From Bacteroidales bacterium (GTDB lineage: Bacteria; Bacteroidota; Bacteroidia; Bacteroidales; UBA932), in the NCBI GenBank assembly GCA_023227835.1, contig JALOCI010000003.1, positions 54,520-118,519 of the forward strand: a stretch of 64,000 bases of DNA. The letters run 5' to 3'. The notes under the pieces are model-generated. The model was not told the origin of the DNA. It saw only the letters and a program-made list of their open reading frames with translations, and searched no databases. Positions 38,727 through 47,042 of the stretch are shown here, piece by piece. Position 1 is the stretch's first letter. Each line of letters starts with the position of its first letter. The translations under genes and the position numbers were made by a program.

Positions 38727-40430
38727 ATGAAAAAAGCACATATCATAAGAACAATTTGCGCGCTCCTACTAATTCAGATTGTATCAATTTTTCCAATGAT
38801 GGGGCAAAAAAGCGATGAAATTCTATTTAAAGCCATGCAGGATGAGATGTCCCGAACAAAAAACGAACTCCGACTTCCAGGTGCTCCATCTACTCTATTT
38901 ATTGGTTACACCTTGGCAGAAAACAGGTTTTTATCTGTAAGTAGCACACTCGGATCTGTTACTTATATAAAAGAGAATCCTATCGAAAGAGTCAATACTG
39001 TAAATCTCTATGTTGGAGATAATCAGTTTTCAAGCAATTACTCTTATACTGGAAAAGGTGTAAATTCCAATTTTTTTACATGTGCGGAAGATAGTTATAA
39101 CCAAATAAGGAGTAATTTTTGGAGAACATCTGACTTAGCCTATAAATTCGCTGTTGAAGCATATAAATCAAAGCAAACAAATTTTAAAACAGCAAATCTG
39201 TCTGATGAGGAAAGAGCCTTGCCTGATATGTTAGAATTAAAAAAAATAGAGGTCTCTACTCCCGAAATACCCATTTACAATCCAAGTAAAAAGGCCTATG
39301 AAGATCTTTCTAAGTCCTTATCAAAAATTTTCATAAAACACCCGGATATTTTCTCTTCTTCTGTTGATATTAACGGCATTCAGACTATTTATTATTATTT
39401 AACGACAGAAGGCACCAGGATTAAAGAGCCCGTTGAATATGTAGCTATAACAATCAGTGGCAAGATTCGAAACGCCAAAGGACAGGTTTTGGAAGACAGA
39501 GATGTCATTTATGCAAAAGCCTTTGATAAGCTTCCTTCAAAAGAGGCTCTCTCATCTGTTGTGGAAAAATTTGCATCTAATCTTGATACGCTTCGTAATG
39601 CCGGTAATGTAGATGAGTACTATCTTGGTCCTGTCCTTTTTGAAGACGCTGCCTCTGCTGAGATATTTGCGTGGAATCTCATATCTCCTTCAGGTATAAT
39701 GGCATACAGAAAACCGATACAGGTAATGTCCTCTATATACAGACCAGAGAACGTAATCGGAGCAATAAACACAAAACCATTGGAAGATAGAATAAATAAA
39801 AAAGTTATTGATAGCAGGCTTAATGTAACGAACTTTTCAGGTTTATTGGAATACAACGGAGAACCTTTAATTGGATCCTATAATTATGATGCCCAGGGTA
39901 TAGCTCCTGTCAAAGAGCTGAAAATAATAGAGAATGGCATTTTAAAATCTTTATTGAGCACCCGATTCCCAACAAAGAAAATCAAAGAGTCAAGTGGTAG
40001 TCTGAGGTTTGGCGCAACGCCAAGGGCAATTCCTGTTGGAGTTGCTCCGGGGGTTCTTGTGATATCAGCTCCAAACGGTGCAGCATCTTCAGAACTAAAG
40101 TCACAACTTATCGCTGCAGCAATTGAAGAGGGTTTGGATTATGCATATATTGTAAGAAATATAAATGGAGATTCAAATCAGTTTATATACAAGGTATCAG
40201 TAAAAGATGGAGCAGAAACGCTTCTCATAGGGGCGCAAATTTCCCCTGTTCAATTCTCTAAATTGAAAAGAGTCCTTGGAGTAAATAAAGAGCAAACCGT
40301 TTATAACTATTTATATAATGGAGCTATTCCTACATCAATTATTGCCCCCAGATCTCTCCTTCTAGAAGATGTTGAGATAGTGGATACACAGCTTAATGTT
40401 CAGGAAGAATCCCCTTTAATCCGAAAATAA
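38727..40430 (+). CDS. exported PmbA/TldE-like protein (TldD/PmbA family, no HExxxH)
   Basis: Signal peptide MKKAHIIRTICALLLIQIVSIFPMMGQ. Its length and layout parallel the upstream gene. At the equivalent position it reads SAEIFAWNLISPSG, so no metal motif. Assignment rests on weak similarity seen by eye plus the pairing. Confidence 0.65.
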   Translation: MKKAHIIRTICALLLIQIVSIFPMMGQKSDEILFKAMQDEMSRTKNELRLPGAPSTLFIGYTLAENRFLSVSSTLGSVTYIKENPIERVNTVNLYVGDNQFSSNYSYTGKGVNSNFFTCAEDSYNQIRSNFWRTSDLAYKFAVEAYKSKQTNFKTANLSDEERALPDMLELKKIEVSTPEIPIYNPSKKAYEDLSKSLSKIFIKHPDIFSSSVDINGIQTIYYYLTTEGTRIKEPVEYVAITISGKIRNAKGQVLEDRDVIYAKAFDKLPSKEALSSVVEKFASNLDTLRNAGNVDEYYLGPVLFEDAASAEIFAWNLISPSGIMAYRKPIQVMSSIYRPENVIGAINTKPLEDRINKKVIDSRLNVTNFSGLLEYNGEPLIGSYNYDAQGIAPVKELKIIENGILKSLLSTRFPTKKIKESSGSLRFGATPRAIPVGVAPGVLVISAPNGAASSELKSQLIAAAIEEGLDYAYIVRNINGDSNQFIYKVSVKDGAETLLIGAQISPVQFSKLKRVLGVNKEQTVYNYLYNGAIPTSIIAPRSLLLEDVEIVDTQLNVQEESPLIRK

Positions 40431-40470
40431 GGTAAATTATTAAACCAACAATATTTTTTACATTCTATAA

Positions 40471-40504
40471 TTTGGGTTGAGTTCAATTAAGAACTCAACC
40501 CAAA
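40471..40504. terminator. strong intrinsic terminator hairpin closing the SusC..PmbA-like gene string
   Basis: Perfect 14-bp stem TTTGGGTTGAGTTC / GAACTCAACCCAAA with a 6-nt loop AATTAA, followed by TTTTTA. Confidence 0.7.
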
Positions 40505-40638
40505 TTTTTATTCTTAAAACATTTCATAAGGCTGTAAAAGAACAATTATAATAGGGCAATGAGATGATAGAAATGTGAAGGTTTTCAACAGGTTGAGTCC
40601 TTGTCGGCGGTCAGGCTGGTTCAATATTCCATTCACTA

Positions 40639-41841
40639 TTAACCGATTACTCCGGAACCAATCATCTCATCCGCATCATACCAAGCCGCGAACTGCCCCT
40701 CGGTAACACCTCTCTGAGGCATGTCAAATATTATATAGAGACCATTTTCCCTCATGAAAAGCCGGGCCTTTTGAAGAGGTTGCCTGTACCTGATTCTGAC
40801 AAGATAGTCCCGAACTTCTCCGAGCTCCATTTTCAAATCCTCCCTAATCCAGTGAATCTCCTCTCTTTGTATCAGAAGTCCTTTGCGATATAATCCCGGA
40901 TGGGTCTGACCCTCCCCTACAAATATTGTATTCTCAGCAACATCTGTCTCAATTATGAATATTGGTTCAACATGTCCCCCGATATTCAACCCCTTCCGCT
41001 GACCTATCGTATAGAAATGAGCCCCCTGATGTTTACCTATAATCTTCCCCTCTTCTGCTTTGTATCTGTATTTTGCAGAAAGTTCATCCAGCAAACTATC
41101 GCAAATCACATCATAACCGGGCACATTGTATTTGAAAAAAACGTTTCGTTTGTAAAAGTTTCTGAATATCTCAACAACAGGCCCCTCTTTAGGTGCAAGT
41201 TTCTGTTGCAGAAAAACGGGGAGATCGACCTTACCTACAAAACAGATACCCTGAGAATCCTTTTTCTCCGCTGAGGGCAGCCCGGCCTCTGCAGCAATCC
41301 TGCGAACCTCCGGTTTCAAAAGGTGACCAATTGGAAAAAGTGCTTTGGAAAGCTGTTCTTGAGTCAGTTGGCAAAGAAAATAGCTCTGGTCTTTATTGGG
41401 ATCAGAGCCGGCAAGTATCCTGAATATCTCCTTTCCCTCACCGTTAGTAAAGCTCTCCTTCCTGCAATAGTGTCCCGTTGCAACAAAATCAGCTCCGAGA
41501 TCCAGTGCCTCCTTAAGAAATGCCTCAAATTTTATCTCACTGTTGCACATCACATCCGGATTCGGAGTCCTTCCGTGTTCATATTCCGCAAACATATAGT
41601 CAACCACACGTTTACGATAAACCGAACTCAAATCCACAAAATGGAAAGGTATACCAATCTTTCTGGCAACCATCTCCGCCACAGACCTCTCCTCTTCCCA
41701 CTCGCAATCTCCGTGCAACGTGCCGGTAGTATCACTCCAGTTCTGCATAAACATTGCAATCACATCGTAACCTGCCTGTTTAAGAAGCAGGGCAGCTACG
41801 CTGGAATCAACTCCGCCAGAAAGACCGACTGCGATTTTCAT
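40639..41841 (-). CDS. mnmA: tRNA 2-thiouridine(34) synthase MnmA
   Basis: PP-loop motif KIAVGLSGGVDSSVAA. Catalytic Cys context NPDVMCN and GICFVG. Confidence 0.9.
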   Translation of the reverse strand: MKIAVGLSGGVDSSVAALLLKQAGYDVIAMFMQNWSDTTGTLHGDCEWEEERSVAEMVARKIGIPFHFVDLSSVYRKRVVDYMFAEYEHGRTPNPDVMCNSEIKFEAFLKEALDLGADFVATGHYCRKESFTNGEGKEIFRILAGSDPNKDQSYFLCQLTQEQLSKALFPIGHLLKPEVRRIAAEAGLPSAEKKDSQGICFVGKVDLPVFLQQKLAPKEGPVVEIFRNFYKRNVFFKYNVPGYDVICDSLLDELSAKYRYKAEEGKIIGKHQGAHFYTIGQRKGLNIGGHVEPIFIIETDVAENTIFVGEGQTHPGLYRKGLLIQREEIHWIREDLKMELGEVRDYLVRIRYRQPLQKARLFMRENGLYIIFDMPQRGVTEGQFAAWYDADEMIGSGVIG

Positions 41842-41883
41842 TTTATGTATTGTTGAGAATTATCGATATAATATAAAGAAAAA

Positions 41884-41982
41884 GGGGCAAGCTGAATATA
41901 TCGCACCGCTACAACCACCTGCCCTTGCTGCCTTCCGGCCCTGGGGGAGTTCAGTGGGAGCTGGTCGTATAAGACTTACCCC
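41884..41982 (-). ncRNA. ffs: signal recognition particle RNA (small bacterial 4.5S type)
   Basis: The minus strand reads GGGGUAAGUC...CCAGGGCCGGAAGGCAGCAAGGGCAGG...AGCUUGCCCC. The GGAA tetraloop hairpin and flanking AGCA/GGCAG symmetric-loop motif match domain IV of 4.5S RNA. The 5' GGGGUAAG pairs with the 3' CUUGCCCC. Confidence 0.8.
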
Positions 41983-42020
41983 GCACAAAGATACAACAAT
42001 TTTACAAAGTGAAGAAAAAA

Positions 42021-42500
42021 CTATTTGGGAAGATTATCAAAAGTGAATGGCAACAAACCTTCCACACTATCAATAACCTGTATAATCTTCTCTCCTCCAA
42101 TTATTATCCTTATATTATTTCCGGATCTTTGCTCTGTTTCAGCCAGTACCTGCCGGCAAGCTCCGCACGGGTATGTCGGATTGTCGCATATATCGCCATT
42201 CACAGATGCTGTTACAGCCAATGCCTCAACCTTAACATCCGGGAATCTGGAATTTGCGTAAAAAATTGCCACCCTTTCAGCACATAATCCTGATGGGTAA
42301 GCTGCGTTTTCCTGGTTGCTTGCAGAGATTATTTCACCGTTTGCCAATCTCACGGCTGCTCCTACATTAAAACGGGAATATGGGGCGTAAGAGTTCTTTG
42401 TGGCCTCTATGGCAACATCAAGCAACTCTTTATCCTTTGCCGGGAGCTCATTGTTGGAGTTGTATTCCGAATATGATATTGTGATACTCTTTCTGTTCAT
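42021..42500 (-). CDS. cdd: cytidine deaminase
   Basis: Zinc motifs CAERVAIF (C/HAE) and PCGACRQV (PCxxC). 159 aa. Confidence 0.9.
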   Translation of the reverse strand: MNRKSITISYSEYNSNNELPAKDKELLDVAIEATKNSYAPYSRFNVGAAVRLANGEIISASNQENAAYPSGLCAERVAIFYANSRFPDVKVEALAVTASVNGDICDNPTYPCGACRQVLAETEQRSGNNIRIIIGGEKIIQVIDSVEGLLPFTFDNLPK

Positions 42501-42562
42501 CTGATTTTTAATTGCAATTGATGCAAAATTAGTATTTTTGCACGATTGAGTAACACCTCACT

Positions 42563-43501
42563 ATGTTATTTCTTAGAAATTCAATAGCAACCCTGCTTTT
42601 ACTTCTCATGTTCAACAGTCCGGTTCTATCACAGAAGATGGACAGAACAGAGTATATTCTCAAATACAAAGATCTTGCCATCAAGCAAATGCAAACCCAC
42701 GGCATACCGGCAAGTATTACTCTTGCCCAAGCTTGTCTTGAGTCTTCTGATGGTAATTCCACGTTGGCTAGAGAGGCAAACAACCATTTCGGTATCAAAT
42801 GCCATAACTGGACGGGTGATACCTTCCTGCAAGACGATGATACAAGAAACGAATGTTTCAGGAAATATCTCACTGTCGAACAGTCTTACCAGGATCATTC
42901 AGATTTTTTAAGATACAGAGAAAGGTATAAATTTCTTTTTGACCTTGATCCAACAGATTACAAAGGTTGGGCGGAAGGTCTTAAAAAAGCTGGATATGCA
43001 ACGAATCCAAACTACGCCCAGAGCCTTATAAAGATTATAGAAGATTATAATTTGTCCAGATACGATCAGATGTCAGGCCCAGTACCACCTAGCCCAAAAG
43101 AGATTATTGCCGACAAAGAGTACAAGCCGGTTGAAACCAGTTCATTGTATAAAATTTCGCTCACTCGTGAGCTGTTCAAAAAGAATGGAGTTGCATATAT
43201 TATTGGCAATCACATGGATACATACGAAAATATTGCCAAAGAGTACAGCCTGTTTACAAAGGAACTCCTCAGATTTAATAATCTGGACAGAAATCAGCCT
43301 ATCGAAGACGGTACTGTAATATATGTTGAAAAGAAGAGGGCAAAAGGTGACAAGTTTCTTGATAAACATATAGCCGAACAAGGAGAGACAATGTACGAGA
43401 TATCACAAAAATACGGTATACGTCTTAACGAGCTCTATAAGATCAATGGAATGAAAAAAGGTTTCAAGATTTATGACGGTCAGGAAATCAAATTAAGATA
43501 A
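42563..43501 (+). CDS. N-acetylglucosaminidase (mannosyl-glycoprotein endo-beta-GlcNAc-ase domain) with LysM repeats
   Basis: Signal peptide. Glucosaminidase-domain pattern HGIPASITLAQACLESSDGNSTLAREANNHFGIKC. The C-terminal LysM reads HIAEQGETMYEISQKYGIRLNELYKINGM. Confidence 0.8.
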   Translation: MLFLRNSIATLLLLLMFNSPVLSQKMDRTEYILKYKDLAIKQMQTHGIPASITLAQACLESSDGNSTLAREANNHFGIKCHNWTGDTFLQDDDTRNECFRKYLTVEQSYQDHSDFLRYRERYKFLFDLDPTDYKGWAEGLKKAGYATNPNYAQSLIKIIEDYNLSRYDQMSGPVPPSPKEIIADKEYKPVETSSLYKISLTRELFKKNGVAYIIGNHMDTYENIAKEYSLFTKELLRFNNLDRNQPIEDGTVIYVEKKRAKGDKFLDKHIAEQGETMYEISQKYGIRLNELYKINGMKKGFKIYDGQEIKLR

Positions 43502-44523
43502 TGATAGCCGGGAAAAAAACATACATACTAATTGCAGCTGGAGCAGTTGTTTTGGGTCTGCTACTATCAGTCATGGTATACAGAACATTTCTTATGTCAA
43601 ATATAATCGGAGAAGGGACTTCTCTTTACATACCCCACAATGCAGGATATAAGCAACTTTTGGACAGTCTGGAGAAGAGCGGGTGTGTCAAGTCAATGAG
43701 ATGCTTTAAAAGAGCTGCCGCATTTGAAAGTCTGGAAAATGAGATAAAACCGGGCATGTACACTTTAAAGCCAGGTATGAGTAACCATCATCTTATAAGG
43801 TTCATAAAAAAAGGTTGGCAAACTCCTGTAAGACTCACTTTGTCGGGAAATATAAGAAATATGGAGAAGCTGGCTTCTCTGTTGTCAAAAAAGATTGAAA
43901 GCGACTCAACACAGATTATATGCATACTGAAAGACACCTCATTTGTTGACTCTCTCGGGTTTAACCCTTTAACGTACCCTTCAATGTTTCTGCCCGATAC
44001 TTATGAGGTATACTGGACAATCACACCAAAAGAGCTTCTTTTGAGATTCAAGAAGGAGTATGACAAATTCTGGAATAGGGAGAGGTTAGAAAAAGCTGTC
44101 AAAATAGGACTTTCACCAATAGAGGTAAGCACCCTTGCGTCTATCGTCTCCGAAGAGAGTAACCTTAAGGAGGAACAACCTCTGATTGCCGGGGTTTATT
44201 TGAACAGGCTAAGAAAGAATATTCCATTACAAGCCGACCCTACAATAAAGTTTATTCTAAATGACCCCTCTGTCAAGAGAATACTCAACAGGCACCTCTC
44301 AATAAACTCTCCGTTTAACACGTACAAACATGCGGGTCTTCCTCCAGGACCGATTGTCATACCACAGAAAAGCACAATAGATGCAGTTCTGGATTATAAA
44401 AAACACAACTACATCTATTTTTGCGCTAAGCCAACTCTTGACGGATCACATAATTTTGCGGTAACTCTCGCTGAGCATAACAAGAATGCAAGAGCCTACC
44501 AGCGGGTTATAAGCCGTCTTTAG
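43501..44523 (+). CDS. mltG: endolytic murein transglycosylase MltG (YceG-like)
   Basis: N-terminal TM anchor. YceG motifs ASIVSEESNLKEEQPLIAGVYLNRL and LQADPT. 340 aa. Confidence 0.85.
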   Translation: MIAGKKTYILIAAGAVVLGLLLSVMVYRTFLMSNIIGEGTSLYIPHNAGYKQLLDSLEKSGCVKSMRCFKRAAAFESLENEIKPGMYTLKPGMSNHHLIRFIKKGWQTPVRLTLSGNIRNMEKLASLLSKKIESDSTQIICILKDTSFVDSLGFNPLTYPSMFLPDTYEVYWTITPKELLLRFKKEYDKFWNRERLEKAVKIGLSPIEVSTLASIVSEESNLKEEQPLIAGVYLNRLRKNIPLQADPTIKFILNDPSVKRILNRHLSINSPFNTYKHAGLPPGPIVIPQKSTIDAVLDYKKHNYIYFCAKPTLDGSHNFAVTLAEHNKNARAYQRVISRL

Positions 44524-46105
44524 AACGCACTACTTCCAGTGCTTTGGCAAATGTTGCATCTCTTTCCGAGTTTATAACTCTGTAATAAGCCGTATTGCCA
44601 AAGATTGTCCTTGCAGCAAGTGCTTTCATGACAATTGCCATCTCACTCCTTGAGGTCTCAAAACCTTTTGAATCGAGCGGAAGGTTTTTCTTTGCAGCAT
44701 ATTGAGTCAGATCGTCCATTATCTTTTCATCAATACGGAAATCCTTCTCAAACTTCTCGAAGGTTTTATATTTTGCGCTCCAGTCTGTTCTGTTTTGATC
44801 CCCCAGATTATTCATGAACTCATTGATTATTCCCCTTCTTATGAGGTTCATATAATACTCTGAATAATAAGAAGTATCAGCAGGCACGAAAATATCAGGC
44901 ATTATACCTCCTCCTCCATAAACAGTGCGTCCTTTTACCAGAGTCTTATATTTTAGCGAATCAGGAAAACTTATACTGTCTTTGTTAAACATCTCACCCT
45001 TTTTATACCTTTCAATAAATGACATATAGTACTTTTCTGCCTCTCCTGCTTTATAGGGACTCTGTATTACGCGTCCGGATGGTGTGTGATACCTTGCAAT
45101 CGTAAGCCTAAGCTGAGAGCCGTCATTTAACGGGATTATCTGTTGAACAAGTCCTTTTCCGAATGATCTTCTGCCTATTACGACTCCCCTGTCCCAATCC
45201 TGTATCGCACCGGTTACGATTTCACTTGCTGATGCAGAATTTTCATCAATCATGACAACCAGAGGCCCTTTCTTGTAAAACCCGGTTCCATTTGCCCTCT
45301 CGATTCTTTTAGGAGATTTCAGCCCTTCAGTATATACAATTGATTGGCCTGCATCCAAAAAGAAATTAGATATCTCCATTGCTGTTCCTAAAAAACCTCC
45401 AGTATTTCCACGCAAATCAAGGATTATTCCGTTTATCTTTTCCGCTTTCATACCAATTAAAGCTTCCAGTATCTCGTTGGCAGAATTTTGGGCAAAACGG
45501 CTTAACTTAAGATAATATATTCCTTTACCGACCTCATAAGCCGCATCAAGGCTGTTAATAGGAATTTTGTCCCTTACCACCTCAAATTCCAACATGTCTG
45601 GAACACCTTTCCTCATTATTCCCAAATTTACCGTAGTACCCTTTGGTCCTCTGAGATATTTATAGACACGTTCATTTGTAAGGCCGGTACCTGCAATCAT
45701 CTCTCCATTAACCCTGACTATTCTGTCTCCGGTGCGGATACCTACCCGCTCACAAGGACCGCCGGCAATAGGTGCAGCTACACTCAAAGTATCCTTTATA
45801 ATTGCAAATTCAATCCCAACTCCTTCAAAGTTACCCTCAAGAGGCTCATTCATTGATTTTACGTCCTTAGCTGAAATATAAGCAGAATGAGGGTCCAGTT
45901 TTGAAATTACAGAATTAATGGCATCCTCGGTCAGGGAATTAATATTTACAGTGTCAAGATAATAATTGTTCAGATACATGAGAGTCTGCCCGAATTTTGA
46001 CATTTGTCTGTTTATATCTGTAATATTTTGTGCTTGTATGGATTGAGACAAAAAAAGCGCTGCCAAAAGCATCAATCCGTTTTTAATTATTTTCATAAAC
46101 ATCAT
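44507..46105 (-). CDS. S41-family C-terminal processing peptidase
   Basis: Signal peptide, PDZ region, and S41 motifs IILDLRGNTGGFL and NSASASEI. Alternative starts at 46102 and 46096 (MMFM). Confidence 0.85.
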   Translation of the reverse strand: MMFMKIIKNGLMLLAALFLSQSIQAQNITDINRQMSKFGQTLMYLNNYYLDTVNINSLTEDAINSVISKLDPHSAYISAKDVKSMNEPLEGNFEGVGIEFAIIKDTLSVAAPIAGGPCERVGIRTGDRIVRVNGEMIAGTGLTNERVYKYLRGPKGTTVNLGIMRKGVPDMLEFEVVRDKIPINSLDAAYEVGKGIYYLKLSRFAQNSANEILEALIGMKAEKINGIILDLRGNTGGFLGTAMEISNFFLDAGQSIVYTEGLKSPKRIERANGTGFYKKGPLVVMIDENSASASEIVTGAIQDWDRGVVIGRRSFGKGLVQQIIPLNDGSQLRLTIARYHTPSGRVIQSPYKAGEAEKYYMSFIERYKKGEMFNKDSISFPDSLKYKTLVKGRTVYGGGGIMPDIFVPADTSYYSEYYMNLIRRGIINEFMNNLGDQNRTDWSAKYKTFEKFEKDFRIDEKIMDDLTQYAAKKNLPLDSKGFETSRSEMAIVMKALAARTIFGNTAYYRVINSERDATFAKALEVVRSKDGL

Positions 46106-47039
46106 TTTCTTTATTTTTCATAGGTATATCAAACTCTGTGCCCTCCTCGGCCAGATATGTATCAGGAAAGATATTTCTTGCCTCTTTCAGTAAAACCGTC
46201 AACTCCTTGTAGCGGGATGAATAGTGCCCTATCACAAGTTTCCCGGCGCAGGCTTCCTTGGCAACTTGAGCAGCATCAGATGCCGTTGAATGCATTGTGG
46301 CCTTTGCCATCTCAGCCATATCTGATGTAAAAGTAGCCTCATGATACAGTAAATCAACACCTTTAATATAACTTTTCAAAGCCCCGAAGGGAGCCGTATC
46401 ACTGCAATAAGCAAAAGAACGCGGCTTATACGGGAGGTAGGTATACTTGTTATTCTTCAGAATTTCGCCACTTCCATCATCTCTCGTCACATCCTCCCCA
46501 TCTTTCAGCCTTGCAATCTCCTTTAATGTGAGCGACTCTTTCTCTATAAGATATTTGTGAACATTTCTTCTGGGATATTTTTCACGGAACAGAAAACCGT
46601 AGCACTCTATTCTGTGATTTAGCGGGAATGAGAGGACCTCGAAACTTTTAGTTTCAAATATCGTATTCAAACCCTCTCCTTTAAGAGGTATGTGGCTTAT
46701 ATCATATTTGAACATCCCTCCGAAGTGCCGGAGAAAATCAGAAAGTATAGCTGAAAATTCAGTCGGGGCATATATAAACACCGGAGCTGTCCTCCCCAGC
46801 ATTGACATTGTGGAAAGTAATCCGTATATACCAAAAAGATGATCTCCGTGGACATGTGAAATGAAGATATTCTGGATCTTCAAAATAGAAAATCCATATT
46901 TTCTCAGTTGCATCTAGCAACCTTCTCCACAGTCAATAAGAAACAAGCGCTCATGAACATTAAGGACATGAGCGCTTGGAAATCTGTTCACCGTAGGAAG
47001 TGCTGATGCGCACCCCAATGATGAGAACGAAAATTTCAT
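46083..47039 (-). pseudogene. rnz: ribonuclease Z interrupted by an in-frame TAG (46914..46916); the track shows only the 276-aa downstream part
   Basis: Minus strand from the ATG at 47039: MKFSFSSLGCASALPTVNRFPSAHVLNVHERLFLIDCGEGC*MQLRKYGF...FISHVHGDHLFG. The stop falls where the RNase Z motif CGEG(T/A)Q has its Gln. Both parts are in the same frame (42 codons, then 276 aa). It could be a real nonsense mutation, a split gene or a base-call error. Confidence 0.6.
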
Positions 47040-47042
47040 CTA

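Noticed and set aside
40595-40635. GGTTCAATATTCC looked like a tRNA T-loop (GGTTCGAAT), suggesting a missed tRNA.
   Set aside because: The flanking bases do not form a T-stem (GCTGG versus TTCCA are not complementary). No acceptor or anticodon arms can be drawn.
41323-41856. A 177-aa plus-strand ORF and several similar long ORFs antisense to conserved genes. Examples: 50384..50854 opposite corA, 8506..8874 opposite slyD, 17982..18353 opposite the epimerase-like gene, 47036..47311 inside rpsA and 6894..7250 across the tldD/pmbA junction.
   Set aside because: Each lies entirely within a strongly recognisable gene on the other strand or in another frame. Their products are low-complexity or compositionally odd (Ser/Leu/Cys-rich, no motifs). 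They are typical shadow ORFs.
46914-46916. The in-frame TAG in rnz sits at a conserved Gln position. TAG-to-Gln recoding is known in some phages of Bacteroidota, so I considered genetic-code reassignment.
   Set aside because: TAG clearly terminates well-supported genes in this same window: the acyltransferase at 991..993, the KR at 3368..3370, pmbA at 8487..8489 and the 1076-aa lipoprotein at 22288..22290. A genome-wide reassignment is therefore not tenable. A point mutation, a base-call error or a split gene is more likely.
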